From a virus: 64,000 nt of DNA. The stretch covers positions 1-64,000 of the IMG/VR virus record IMGVR_UViG_3300032805_000003. One strand, given 5' to 3'. The notes beneath the pieces are model-generated. The model was not told the origin of the DNA, made no database searches, and was given only the letters and a program-made list of their open reading frames with translations. Within the stretch, counting starts at the first letter, position 1. The number at the start of each line of letters is the position of its first letter. Positions 46,072 through 56,067 of this stretch are shown here, piece by piece. The position numbers and the translations under genes were made by a program.

Positions 46072-46740
46072 ATGCTCGGTCGTGAACACGCCCTGTCCGG
46101 GCTAGCCGCCGGGCTGGCCGTCGCCGGGCTCGGGCTGCATCTGCACACCGGCCCGCTGCTGGCGCTGGCTGCCGGAACCGGCGCGTTCGCCACCGTCCCG
46201 GACATGGACACCCTCCATTCGTGCGCCGCCCGGTCGCTCGGTTTCCTGTCCGAAGCGTTCGCCTTGCTGATCGAAAAACTGTCGGGCGGGCACCGGCACG
46301 CCACCCACAGCCTGCTCGGCGTCGCGGTGTTCACCCTGGACGCCCAGATAGCGTGCTATTACCGGCATGACCCGGGCGGCCGGATCGGCCTCGGCCTGGT
46401 CCTGGCGATCGCGCTGGCCGCAGGCCTGCGCGCGCTGCATGTCCACCGGAACCTGGCTGACCTGCTCGCGCTGCCCGCCGCCGCGGCGATCGCGGTAACC
46501 GGCTGGAACCTCGAGCTGGTGCCGCTGGCGTGCGGCCTGGGCTGCCTGACGCACATCACCGGAGACATGCTGACCACCGAAGGCTGCCCGCTGGCCTGGC
46601 CGGTGACGCTCAAGCATTACCGGCTGCTGCCCGGCCCGCTGGATTTCACCACCGGCACCTGGCGCGAAACCTGGGTCGTGTTCCCCAGCCTGCTGGGAGC
46701 GATCGGGTTGCTCGGTTACCTGGCTGTGACAACACACTGA
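46072..46740 (+). CDS. YdjM-like membrane metal-dependent hydrolase
   Basis: MLGREHALSG, PDMD, GGHRHATHSLLG, THITGDMLT.EG.PL.WP. Confidence 0.85.
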   Translation: MLGREHALSGLAAGLAVAGLGLHLHTGPLLALAAGTGAFATVPDMDTLHSCAARSLGFLSEAFALLIEKLSGGHRHATHSLLGVAVFTLDAQIACYYRHDPGGRIGLGLVLAIALAAGLRALHVHRNLADLLALPAAAAIAVTGWNLELVPLACGLGCLTHITGDMLTTEGCPLAWPVTLKHYRLLPGPLDFTTGTWRETWVVFPSLLGAIGLLGYLAVTTH

Positions 46741-46777
46741 CCAGATGTCCTCCGCTACCCCCGGGAAAGGCGCGACC

Positions 46778-47722
46778 ATGGCTGACATGGCAGACAACAC
46801 CCCCGCGCACGCCGTCCGCCCGCGTTCGTTCGAACCGGAACAGAAAGCTGTCCTCGCGCTCCTGATCGCCGTCGTCGCAGTGATCCTGGTTGCCTACGGG
46901 GCGGCCGCGTCGTACGACAACCTGTGGCATCTGGCGCTCGCCCGCGGTGTGCCGTTGCCGCGGCTGATGCCGGTCGGGCTGGACGGCGGCCTGATCGGCA
47001 CCGTCGCCCTGGACCTGGCGCTCACATGGGCCGGATACCCGCTGTGGTGGCTGCGGTGGATCGCCCGCCTGTTCGCGTTCGCGACGATCGCCGCCAACGC
47101 TCTGGCGGGCTGGCCGAACCCGGTAGGCATGTTCCTGCGGATGGCCGCCCCGGCGCTGATCGTCGTCATCACTGAAGCTGTCCGGGCAGTGTTGCTCAAG
47201 CGGCGGCGGGAGATCGCCAGCGACCGGATCCCGGGTGCCCGCTGGCTGCTGGCACCACGGCAGACGTTCGCGATGTGGAAGCGGATGAAGCTGTGGAACA
47301 TCACCGTCTACAGCAAGGCAGTCACGATGGAGCTCGCCCGGCTGCGCGCGATCGAGGCGCTAGCCGACTATTACAAGACGCGGGACTGGCGCGCGCTAGC
47401 GCCCGGGTCGCTGGTCTGGATGCTGGACGCGGGTGTCCACATGGACGACGCGCTGGCGGCTGTGGCGGTTCTCACCGCCCCGCCAGAAGCCTCGCCAGAA
47501 CAGACGCCAAAGGCCCGCCAGAAGCCTCGCCAAACCAGCCGCCAGAACGCTCGCCAGAAGCCTCGCCAGGAGACCGCCGCCGCGCGCGAAAAGGCGAAGC
47601 GTCTCATGACCGACGACTGGACGATGCCGCTGGCGGATGTGGCCGCCCAGACCGGGTTGTCCGAGCGGACCGTCAGCCGGGTCCGGAGCCAGATGCCCCG
47701 CCCGCTCCGGTCCACAGGATGA
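46778..47722 (+). CDS. DUF2637 (Spd-like) membrane protein with C-terminal HTH
   Basis: ASYDNL..LA...G.....MPVGLDG; ATIAANA; RWLLAP..TF..W.RM.LW; C-terminal LADVAAQTGLSERTVSR. Confidence 0.8.
   Translation: MADMADNTPAHAVRPRSFEPEQKAVLALLIAVVAVILVAYGAAASYDNLWHLALARGVPLPRLMPVGLDGGLIGTVALDLALTWAGYPLWWLRWIARLFAFATIAANALAGWPNPVGMFLRMAAPALIVVITEAVRAVLLKRRREIASDRIPGARWLLAPRQTFAMWKRMKLWNITVYSKAVTMELARLRAIEALADYYKTRDWRALAPGSLVWMLDAGVHMDDALAAVAVLTAPPEASPEQTPKARQKPRQTSRQNARQKPRQETAAAREKAKRLMTDDWTMPLADVAAQTGLSERTVSRVRSQMPRPLRSTG
47481..47572 (+). repeat. Eight ~12-bp CGCCARAA direct repeats inside DUF2637 gene
   Basis: CGCCAGAAGCCT three times plus variants; one 11-bp unit changes register. Confidence 0.75.
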
Positions 47723-47970
47723 CGGACGACTTCGGCGAGTTTCAGTTCACCAGCCTGGCCGGCGGGCTGCGCTGGCGGATCGACCGGGCTGACCCGCGCA
47801 TCCGGATCAGCGGCCAGATCGTCCGGATGGGCCTCGCCCGCGAGCTGGCACCCGGCGCCGAGCTCACCAGCGACCGGCTGGTGATCTGCGGCGAGAACCA
47901 GCGAGTGATCTACCAGATCGGGCCGTACCATCAGGACGAAGACTGGTACGAAGCCTGGTGGCCGGACTGA
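47719..47970 (+). CDS. Hypothetical protein
   Basis: ATGA coupling. Confidence 0.65.
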   Translation: MTDDFGEFQFTSLAGGLRWRIDRADPRIRISGQIVRMGLARELAPGAELTSDRLVICGENQRVIYQIGPYHQDEDWYEAWWPD

Positions 47971-48044
47971 ATCTGGACGCCGCGACCAGATCGTGACCGG
48001 CAGAAAGGCGCAGAAACCTGCGCTTGTCTGGTATCAATTGCGCC

Positions 48045-48647
48045 ATGGCCGACTCTGCGTCCAACGGATCCAGCCCTGCCGCCGGCGATGTCCCTGACGG
48101 TCTGCGCCCAGCCCCCGCGCTTGTCATCGCAGACTTGTTCGCCCGCAAGCTAGCCGAATTCCTGGGCTCCTGGATCGCCCAGCAGCCCCAGATGCTTGCC
48201 AGCGTCCTCGCGCAAACCAAACTCAAGCAGCCGATGTGCGCTCAATGCCTGCTGCAACGACTCCTCTGGGAAGCCAGATACGACACCGAGCTGGACGCCG
48301 CCCTGGCGACCGCTATAACCGAGAACGGGATCGCGGAACGCGCCGACCCCCGCGTCGGCAGCCTGGACCTGGCCGCGTACCTTCCCGAGCCTTTGCGACC
48401 GCATCCGTCTAAACCGTGGGACGGCGACCGGATGCCGCAAATCCTCGACGGGGTGACGTTCGCCTCAGGGTCCTGGTGCTGCCCGTTCCATATCCCGGGC
48501 GCACCCCCGCCTGACGGCGTAACCCCGCTCGCCGCAGTGCTGAACCAGCGACCGCCACTTATCGCGATGCCCGGCATCAGCCTGTCCGCGGCGGCAGCGA
48601 TAGCGATGGGCAACGTCCCGGGACTGCCGGGAGCCCCTGGACAGTGA
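48045..48647 (+). CDS. Hypothetical protein
   Basis: CAQC...CCPFH. Confidence 0.6.
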   Translation: MADSASNGSSPAAGDVPDGLRPAPALVIADLFARKLAEFLGSWIAQQPQMLASVLAQTKLKQPMCAQCLLQRLLWEARYDTELDAALATAITENGIAERADPRVGSLDLAAYLPEPLRPHPSKPWDGDRMPQILDGVTFASGSWCCPFHIPGAPPPDGVTPLAAVLNQRPPLIAMPGISLSAAAAIAMGNVPGLPGAPGQ

Positions 48648-49357
48648 ACTGCCCGGGCACCTGCAACGCCGAGTACCGCAAACTGAAAGCGATCTACGAC
48701 GACGCAGTCCGCCGGTACGACGCCACTCTCGCCAGCTTGCCCGACGGTGCGCCCGTGCCGGACCCGCCCCACCCGCCGCGGCTGCGCGCGTTCGAAGGCC
48801 GGCCGGTCTGGTGCGGCCGGTGCGCGTCGGTCATCCGGATCCAGCTGGCCGAACTCGACGAGCTAGCCGCGTTGCTGGCCGCGCTCCCGCCCGGGATCCG
48901 GCCCGCGTCTGACACGCCGCGTAACCCGGGGAAAGTAGACGGCACACCGGCTATCCAGTCACCGTCACCCGCCGGTGACGACCTGGACGAGCTAGAACGC
49001 TGGCTCGCCGGCTGGGAACGAGACTGGCGGCATGCCCGCGGCTGGCCGTCGCCGCCGAAACGAGGTGTGCTGGCCACCCCGATCACCACGATGGTCGCCT
49101 GGCTCGGGCTGCGCCTTGACGCCATCGTCGCCGACGCGGACTACGGGGAACGGTTCGGGCTGGAAACCTTCCGCTGGCACCGGGTCATGCGCCGGAAATC
49201 GCACGCCGCGTCGTTCTCCCGCTTCGTCAGGCAACCGTGCCCCAGCTGCAAGAGATACACCCTGTGGGAGAAAGTCGGCGAACCGTATATCTCATGCGTT
49301 TACGAGCCGTGCGCCCGCCGGCTGACCCGCGAAGACCTCGAGCGGGAGTCAGCGTGA
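48644..49357 (+). CDS. Zn-ribbon protein (possible late regulator)
   Basis: CPGTC, CGRC, CPSC...C..C; located before the packaging genes. Confidence 0.65.
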   Translation: MNCPGTCNAEYRKLKAIYDDAVRRYDATLASLPDGAPVPDPPHPPRLRAFEGRPVWCGRCASVIRIQLAELDELAALLAALPPGIRPASDTPRNPGKVDGTPAIQSPSPAGDDLDELERWLAGWERDWRHARGWPSPPKRGVLATPITTMVAWLGLRLDAIVADADYGERFGLETFRWHRVMRRKSHAASFSRFVRQPCPSCKRYTLWEKVGEPYISCVYEPCARRLTREDLERESA

Positions 49358-49674
49358 ACCCGGTGTTGACCGCACCGCCGGCGCCTGTGTACAGTGGCGC
49401 CAGCGAGACACGTATGCCCTGGCCAGAGCCAGGGCTTTCTGTTTCTCCGGATCAGGTCGCCGCCCGGTACTTCACCATCGCCAGCGTGCCGTTGCTGACC
49501 GCTCCCGAGCTCGGCCAGATGCTCGGTATCCGGACCCGGACGATCTATGAATGGCGCCGGCGCGGGTTCCTGCGCGAACGCGGCCTGGACGACCAGGGCA
49601 GGTGGCTGTTCGACGTCGCTGAAGTCGCCGAAGTGCACGCCACCCCCGGCTGCCGCAGGCGGGATCTCCGGTGA
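49354..49674 (+). CDS. MerR-like HTH protein
   Basis: LLTAPELGQMLGIRTRTIYEWRRRGFL...GRWLFDVAEV. Confidence 0.7.
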   Translation: MNPVLTAPPAPVYSGASETRMPWPEPGLSVSPDQVAARYFTIASVPLLTAPELGQMLGIRTRTIYEWRRRGFLRERGLDDQGRWLFDVAEVAEVHATPGCRRRDLR

Positions 49675-49964
49675 GCGTTTCCCCGGCGTGGGTCCAGCAG
49701 ACCCTGTTCCAGCTGTACGGCCAGCTGGCTACCGCCCAGCAGTCGCTGGCGATGGCCCGTGACCTTGAGATGGAAGCCAAGTACGAGCATGACCGGGGCC
49801 CGATCGACCCGGGGCTTCGCGCGGAGACAGGTTCAGGCGGCCTGCTGGTTCGCGGCCTGACGCTTCTCGCACGCCGCCTCGGACTTGCACACCTGACGGC
49901 TCTGGGGGCGCGGGAAGACGAACCCGCACCTGACGCACTCGCTGACTTTGCCCGGCCCGGCTGA
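49671..49964 (+). CDS. Hypothetical protein
   Basis: GTGA coupling; overlaps convergent gene. Confidence 0.4.
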   Translation: MSVSPAWVQQTLFQLYGQLATAQQSLAMARDLEMEAKYEHDRGPIDPGLRAETGSGGLLVRGLTLLARRLGLAHLTALGAREDEPAPDALADFARPG

Positions 49965-50261
49965 GGCTTCGATCGCGTCGTTCGCTGCGTCGGCCGCAGC
50001 CTGCCCGGGGTCGCGCCCGTCCTCGAGCGCGGCGGCCGCAGCGGCGCACGCTGCCCGCTCGGCCGCGTTCTCGGCGGCAGACCGGAGCGAGTGACGCCGG
50101 ACCCGGTCACGGATGGTGCTGACGGCGACGCCCATCTGGCGGGCGGTCTCGGCGTAGCTCCGGCCAGTGTCGACGTACATGTCGAACGCCATCTTGTCGA
50201 GCTCGGCCAGCGCGGCGGCGGCCTGGACCTCGGACAGAGGGGTCTGGGTGAGTGCAGCCAT
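49833..50261 (-). CDS. HTH + Cys4 protein (paralog of 12076..12663)
   Basis: GRSYAETARQMGVAVSTI; CVRCGFVFPRPQSRQVCKSEAACEKRQ; GGAGG RBS. Confidence 0.72.
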   Translation of the reverse strand: MAALTQTPLSEVQAAAALAELDKMAFDMYVDTGRSYAETARQMGVAVSTIRDRVRRHSLRSAAENAAERAACAAAAAALEDGRDPGQAAADAANDAIEASAGPGKVSECVRCGFVFPRPQSRQVCKSEAACEKRQAANQQAA

Positions 50262-50292
50262 CGGATCCTCCTGAAGTTCATGTCGTTGTGAT

Positions 50293-50337
50293 GTAGACGA
50301 CTCTACGGCAAGCCTCCCAACCTACGCAACACGTATT
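50293..50337 (-). promoter_or_regulatory. Conserved promoter/operator copy
   Basis: TTGCGT-AGGTT..18..TAGAGT; GTAGACGACTCTAC. Confidence 0.75.
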
Positions 50338-50358
50338 GCCGAACTTTCCGGAGGTGGC

Positions 50359-50901
50359 GTGGCCGGCGAGATCACCCAGTTCCCGCACTGTGACCAGCGC
50401 ATCCTCCACGCCCCCGGCGAATGCGAGTTCTGCGACCGCCACCCCGGATGGCAGCAGCTACGGCAAGCATGGGGGATCGCGTTCACCGGCCACCCGCCGC
50501 GCGCCGGCTTGCCGAAATGCGGCCGCCGGATGCGCAACACCTTCCCCGGCTACGGCAGCGACAAAATCCGCTGCCAGCAACCCGCCGGCCATCAAGACGA
50601 ATGCCGCCCGTACCCGGCGTGGGACGTGCTGCCATGCCCAGCCGACGCAACCCGCCCGCCCGGCGCCTCGAATGATCACCGCCGCTGGGGCGGCAACAAG
50701 CCCACCACAGCCGCAAGCAACCCGGCCTGGCCCGCCGAAACAACCGCCAGCAAGATCCTGTACGGCGACAAAGGCGGCCGCCAGCTCTGGCCGCTACGCG
50801 AACAGATCACCCGCCGGGCCCGCCGCCCGATCGAGAACTGGCGCATGCGACACCGCGGCTGGCGACGCGACGGCCCGTTCTGGATCCGGAAGCACTCCTG
50901 A
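50359..50901 (+). CDS. Cys/His-rich hypothetical protein
   Basis: GGAGG RBS; FPHCDQRILHAPGECEFCD..P.WQ.LR..WGIAFTG. Confidence 0.65.
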   Translation: MAGEITQFPHCDQRILHAPGECEFCDRHPGWQQLRQAWGIAFTGHPPRAGLPKCGRRMRNTFPGYGSDKIRCQQPAGHQDECRPYPAWDVLPCPADATRPPGASNDHRRWGGNKPTTAASNPAWPAETTASKILYGDKGGRQLWPLREQITRRARRPIENWRMRHRGWRRDGPFWIRKHS

Positions 50902-50953
50902 CCAGCTTTTTCGACGAACCCCATCAGCCCATCGCAAACCACCTGGAGGTCCG

Positions 50954-51475
50954 ATGGCTCAGGGTCGCAAACGCGGGCTGGAACAGCGCGAGAAAGACCT
51001 CCGCGCGCTGGAAGCCCGCCGCCGTAACCTGACCTACCACCAGATCGCCGCCAACCTCGGCTACTCGTCAGTGTCGGGAGCGTACGCCGCAGTCCAGCGC
51101 GCGCTCGAAGACAGCGTCCGCGAAGCAAGCGACGCGGTCCGGCAGCTGGAGCTTGACCGGCTGGACGAGCTCGCCCGCCACATGTACCGGATGCTGGCCG
51201 CCAGGCATGTGGTGGTGATCCAGAGCGGGAAAGACGCCGGCAAGCTGGTGACCGACGACGATACCGGGTTGCCGTTGCAAGACTGGGCGCCGGTCGAACG
51301 GGCTGTAGCCCGCCTCCAGTCCATCAGCGAAAGCCGCCGGAGGCTGCTGGGGCTGGACGCGCCAGTCCGCACGAAGGTGGAAGTGATCACCCGCGACCAG
51401 GTCGAAGACGCGATCATGCAGCTGGAGGCCCAGATTGCCCAGCGCGAGCGGGCTGCCGCCGAAGCTGCTGGTTGA
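50954..51475 (+). CDS. terS: Terminase small subunit
   Basis: HTH TYHQIAANLGYSS; LELDRLD; RRRLLGLDAP; directly upstream of TerL. Confidence 0.75.
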   Translation: MAQGRKRGLEQREKDLRALEARRRNLTYHQIAANLGYSSVSGAYAAVQRALEDSVREASDAVRQLELDRLDELARHMYRMLAARHVVVIQSGKDAGKLVTDDDTGLPLQDWAPVERAVARLQSISESRRRLLGLDAPVRTKVEVITRDQVEDAIMQLEAQIAQRERAAAEAAG

Positions 51476-53048
51476 AGCGCCGGAAGACCGGCTTCGCCGG
51501 CTGAAAGAGCTTCAGGACCAGTGGGAGGCGCTGGAGAAGATCCGGCTCGCTGAACTGGACGTGTTCGACCTGATCGGCTACAGCCCGTCGCCGAAGCAAG
51601 CCGAGTTCCATGCAGCCCGCGAGTTCGACATCTTGTACGGCGGCGCGGCCGGCGGCGGCAAGTCGGCGGCGCTGGTCGCCGAAGGCCTCAGAGCGTGCGC
51701 CCGCTACCCGGGCCTGCGGTGCCTGCTGGTGCGCCGCACGTACGACGAGCTCGAGGAATCCATCTTCCCGGCGCTCCGCAAGTTCCACATGGGCGAGCCG
51801 GTCGGCGCACGATGGAACGGCACCACCCGCGAGCTCAGCTTCACCAACGGCAGCTTGTTCCGGTTCCGGTACATGGAAACCCTCGCCCACGCCTCCAGGA
51901 GACAAGGCGGCGAGTACCAGCTGCTGCTGGTCGACGAGCTCACGCTGATGGTCCCCGGCGTCGTCGACATCCTCCGTTTCGAACGCCTCCGCGCCTCCGG
52001 TGACCAGCCGATCATCGGGGTCCGGTGCACCAGCAACCCGGGCGGCCCCGGCCACGGCCAGGTCAAAGCCCGCTATATCGACGCCACCCGCCATGGCCAG
52101 CGGATCGTCACCGACGAAAACGGGCTGACGATCCGGTTCATCCACGCGAAAGCGACTGACAACCCGCACCTGGACCCGGGTTACCAGCAACGCCTCGACG
52201 CGATCCCGGACCCGGCCCGCCGGGCGGCGATGCGCGACGGAGACTGGGACCAGTTCGCCGGCATGGTCTTCAAAGAGTTCCGGCGAGATCTGCACACCGT
52301 CGACCCGGTCCAGCTGCCGTTGTCCTGGCGCCGGTACAACGGCATCGACTGGGGATTCGCCGCCCCGTGGGCTGTCCTGTGGGGCGCGCTGGACGAAGAC
52401 GGCCGGGTCTGGATCTACCGGGAGATTTACCGGACCCACGTCGGTGAAGCCGACCAGGCGCGCAGCATCCTGGCGGCGGAAGCTGACGGAGAGCACGTCA
52501 GCGTCCGGTACGCCGACGACGCGATGTGGGCCACCCGCGGCGACGCGAAACCGATCTCAGAGGTCTACGCGGAGGAAGCGGTCCCGCTGACGCAAGCCGG
52601 CTCGTCCGCAGGCAGCCGGATCGCGGGCTGGCAACGGATCCACAGCTACATGCGGGAAGGGCCAGCGTGCCAGCTGCACCGGGCCGAAGGCCGGGACACC
52701 TGCCCGATGATCCATTTCTTCCGGACCTGCGAGAACCTGCTGTCCGAGCTTACGAACATCCCGTACGCCACCACCGGCAACCCGGAAGACACCGACCCGA
52801 ACGCGCCAGATCACGCGTGTGACGCTCTCCGGTACCTGCTGATCAACCTGGGAACCGGACCCCAGTTCGTCATCCTGGCCGACGCCCCCAAGCCGCTGGA
52901 AGCCGACGGGGTGGAAGTGCTCCAGCCGGCCGGGTCGTTCGCTGTCCGGCCCGATCCGGCGGACATCCTGTTCGGGTCATCCAGCCAGGCTGCTGCCGAC
53001 AGCGACGGGCCTCGCGCCGGCGCGACCCAGAAAGCTCCCTGGATGTGA
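51435..53048 (+). CDS. terL: Terminase large subunit
   Basis: GGAAGGGKS, LLVDE, CTSNPGG, DNPHL, GIDWG, DHACDALRY; start uncertain. Confidence 0.93.
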   Translation: MPSASGLPPKLLVEAPEDRLRRLKELQDQWEALEKIRLAELDVFDLIGYSPSPKQAEFHAAREFDILYGGAAGGGKSAALVAEGLRACARYPGLRCLLVRRTYDELEESIFPALRKFHMGEPVGARWNGTTRELSFTNGSLFRFRYMETLAHASRRQGGEYQLLLVDELTLMVPGVVDILRFERLRASGDQPIIGVRCTSNPGGPGHGQVKARYIDATRHGQRIVTDENGLTIRFIHAKATDNPHLDPGYQQRLDAIPDPARRAAMRDGDWDQFAGMVFKEFRRDLHTVDPVQLPLSWRRYNGIDWGFAAPWAVLWGALDEDGRVWIYREIYRTHVGEADQARSILAAEADGEHVSVRYADDAMWATRGDAKPISEVYAEEAVPLTQAGSSAGSRIAGWQRIHSYMREGPACQLHRAEGRDTCPMIHFFRTCENLLSELTNIPYATTGNPEDTDPNAPDHACDALRYLLINLGTGPQFVILADAPKPLEADGVEVLQPAGSFAVRPDPADILFGSSSQAAADSDGPRAGATQKAPWM

Positions 53049-53055
53049 CCCGGAC

Positions 53056-53313
53056 ATGTCCGGACATCTTCCCTCGCCGCCGCAGGTCGCACCCGAACCA
53101 GCCAGTAACAGATCATGGGCGGGACGGACCGAGACGGACCGGCTGACGGTGATGAACACCTGGCGCCGGCAGGCCGCCGTCTCCTACGGCGTCCCTCGCC
53201 GCAAACTGCGGCTGGTGTTCTGGTGCGAGAACGACCACGACATGGTCACCTGGATGGCCTGCCCTGACGACAACCCGTGCTGCTGGTTCTGCGGCCAGCC
53301 CGGCCGACGATGA
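53056..53313 (+). CDS. Small Zn-ribbon protein
   Basis: FWC..D......CWFCG; start uncertain. Confidence 0.45.
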   Translation: MSGHLPSPPQVAPEPASNRSWAGRTETDRLTVMNTWRRQAAVSYGVPRRKLRLVFWCENDHDMVTWMACPDDNPCCWFCGQPGRR

Positions 53314-53331
53314 TCACCTGGGAGGTCGGCC

Positions 53332-55323
53332 GTGCCTCTCCGTGATTACCTGCCTGCGCCGCGGCCGAAAGGACGGCACCACGCCCCGCCGGTGATCACC
53401 GAAGCCGCGCCCCAGTACACCCGCGCCCAAGGCGCCCAGAACCGGGTGACACCGTCTCCCGAGCGCGCAGGGTTCGTCTGGGGCATCCCCCCGGGCGGGC
53501 TGGATGAATACAACCAGGCCACCGGCGCCAGCACCCAGACCGACCGTAAATCCCTCATGCAACAGCTGTACGAGGGATACGTCGCCTGCCCGTGGGCCTG
53601 GTCGTGCGTTCAGGCGATCGCCCGCACAGTCACCAGCGGCGGGCTGGTCACCCAATGGGACGGCGACACCGACAACGCGAACCCGAAAGCCCCGGACAAG
53701 CCAGACAACGTGCTGGCGCTGGAACGGCTGCTGGCGTTCGTCAACCCGCAGCAGAACATCCGCCAGCTGTGCCGGAACATCATCGCCGACTTGCAAGTCT
53801 TCGCCGACGCCTACATCGAGATCGTCTGGTGGGGGAACCTGCCGGTCGCGTTGTACAACCAGGACAGCCCGACGACGTACCCGGTCGCTGACGAACACGG
53901 CGCGATCACCAAATACGTCCAGATCACCGACTTCGGCCAGCGCGCCAGCTTTGACCCGCGCGAGATCATCCATATCTCGCTGGACGCAGCCCGCCCCGGC
54001 GTCCAGGGCGTGTCCCCGATGCAAGCCGCCTTGCTGCCGGTGACCGCCTGGCTGTTCGCTGCTGCAGACGGGAAAGAAGGCTTCCGCAAAGGCCTGCCCC
54101 CGTCGTTCCACGCCGACTTCCCCGGCGGGGCGCAAGAGAAAGAGATGCGCCTGTGGCGCGACCAGTACTACACCCAGAACCTGGGCGCCCGGAACATCGG
54201 AACCCCGGTGATCACCAAAGGCGGTGTCCGGCTCACCGAACTCCAGCAAGGCCGGATCGCGGACGTCCTCCAGTTCAAGAACCAGTGCCGGGACGAGATC
54301 TTCGCCACCTTCGGCGTCCCGCCGTCGAAAGCGACAGTGATCGAATCCGGCAACCTGGGCGGCGGCACCGGGGAAGCGCAAGACAAGTCGTACCGGATCG
54401 ACACCTGCGACCCGATCGCCGAGCTGGTTGAAGAAGCGTTCAACTATGCGCTGACCCAGCAGGCGTTCGGCATCGACGACTGGCACCTCGAGTTCGTCGA
54501 CACCGACTACCGGGACTCTCAGGTGATCGAGCAGATCCGGGACATGCGGCTCCGGAACGGGTCATGGACCCGGAACCGGTACTCCGCTGAAATCGGCGAA
54601 CCGCCGGTCGAAGGCGGCGACGACGCAGTCCTGGTCGACCGGCAGAACCTGGTGCTCTGGTCAGACATGCGAGCCATGTCCGCGGCGATGGTCGCGTCGA
54701 AACAGCCGGCTGGCCAGCAGCTTGCGGCGCTCCAGCCAGGTACCCAGCCGCCAGCCAGCCCGCCCGCCCCGGACGACCAGGACGACGACCAGGATCCGGA
54801 TGCCCGCGAGACAGCCCGCCGGTACGCGACGGCGTACCGGATCCGGCTGGCCGCGGCGCTGAAAGCGCTGCCGGTCCTCACCGAAGCACATCCGGCGCTC
54901 GCTGACGCCAGCCAGGCTGTTTATGACCAGCTGGCGCAAAACTTCCCTGCCCGGTCGATCGGCTGGGTGCGTGACCTGGAATGGGAAGGACCGGTGCGAG
55001 TCCCGGCTGACCATATCGACGTCCAGCATGCAGACGAGTGGGCCGCCAGCCATGACGGACGTTTGCCCAAGTTCGTCAAAAAGCTGAAGCGACGCCAGCG
55101 CAACGGCCGCGAGCTCAAGCCGGCGGTGTATGTCCGGACCCCCGGCCAGCCGAAAGACGTGATCGTCGACGGGCATCACCGGACGCTGGCGTACCTGGAC
55201 CAGGGGCAAGCACCGCTGGCGTACATCGGGCGGGCGTCCAGCGACCAGGGCCCGTGGGACGAGCTTCACGCCGCCCAGTATCCGGATCATCACCACCGGC
55301 CGGATGACAACCAGATGCAGTAA
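53332..55323 (+). CDS. Portal protein with C-terminal ParB-like domain
   Basis: EIIHI...GVSPM, EIFATFGVPP, TRNRY.AEIG.PPVEGGD; extra domain PAVYV...VIVDGHHRTLA. Confidence 0.88.
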   Translation: MPLRDYLPAPRPKGRHHAPPVITEAAPQYTRAQGAQNRVTPSPERAGFVWGIPPGGLDEYNQATGASTQTDRKSLMQQLYEGYVACPWAWSCVQAIARTVTSGGLVTQWDGDTDNANPKAPDKPDNVLALERLLAFVNPQQNIRQLCRNIIADLQVFADAYIEIVWWGNLPVALYNQDSPTTYPVADEHGAITKYVQITDFGQRASFDPREIIHISLDAARPGVQGVSPMQAALLPVTAWLFAAADGKEGFRKGLPPSFHADFPGGAQEKEMRLWRDQYYTQNLGARNIGTPVITKGGVRLTELQQGRIADVLQFKNQCRDEIFATFGVPPSKATVIESGNLGGGTGEAQDKSYRIDTCDPIAELVEEAFNYALTQQAFGIDDWHLEFVDTDYRDSQVIEQIRDMRLRNGSWTRNRYSAEIGEPPVEGGDDAVLVDRQNLVLWSDMRAMSAAMVASKQPAGQQLAALQPGTQPPASPPAPDDQDDDQDPDARETARRYATAYRIRLAAALKALPVLTEAHPALADASQAVYDQLAQNFPARSIGWVRDLEWEGPVRVPADHIDVQHADEWAASHDGRLPKFVKKLKRRQRNGRELKPAVYVRTPGQPKDVIVDGHHRTLAYLDQGQAPLAYIGRASSDQGPWDELHAAQYPDHHHRPDDNQMQ

Positions 55324-55449
55324 CCAGCGAACGTCACCGCCAGCCGGTACTATCAGGCGCATGACAGCGCAACTTGCCACAGAACTGCGTGATTCTGTGC
55401 GACGTTGCCGGCGCCGGCTGCCCATGAGCTCGGACGACGAAACGCCGCA

Positions 55450-55776
55450 ATGGTGCCAGCGGCCAGCCGGTCACCAGTTCGGCTGTTCACCAGTGCCGGA
55501 CCAGTCCTGATGGCTGGCAGCCCGATGGTCAGCATCCCGATCAGGCTCGAGGCAGACCATCTCACCGGCGCGATCGACCTTATGATCAAGCATCTGACCG
55601 CTTTGCGTGACGACCTGGTCGCCTACGCCGCCGGTGATGATCCCCGGATGCTGGACGATCTGGAGTACCGGACTGGTGCAGCACCCCGGTTCGTGTGCAC
55701 CAGGCACGGGTGGGCGTCGAACTTCACCCCGTGTCCGCGCGCCGGCCACGCACCAGCCGGAACCCAGCGGCTGTGA
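55450..55776 (+). CDS. Hypothetical protein
   Basis: ORF in late-gene orientation; start uncertain. Confidence 0.4.
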   Translation: MVPAASRSPVRLFTSAGPVLMAGSPMVSIPIRLEADHLTGAIDLMIKHLTALRDDLVAYAAGDDPRMLDDLEYRTGAAPRFVCTRHGWASNFTPCPRAGHAPAGTQRL

Positions 55777-56067
55777 ACGGCGCCGAATTCGGGCCTGACG
55801 GCAGCAACTGGCGCTGGAAAGCCAGCGTTGCCTGGCTCTGGCTGACCCGCCCGAGGCTGATGACCAGCCTCCGCCGCCGCGGCCCGAAGCATCTGATCAC
55901 GGTGCCGTCGCACACCTTCGGAGACGGCCAGTGAGCCAGCCTGACCCGCCCGCCGGTGACACACCAGCGGATGAACCCGGCCGGCGAGACTTCCCGGACT
56001 GGCCGATGACCGCGCAGGACGCGGCCGCGCTATTGCCGAAGAACATCGGCTGACAGGAGACAAAGCC

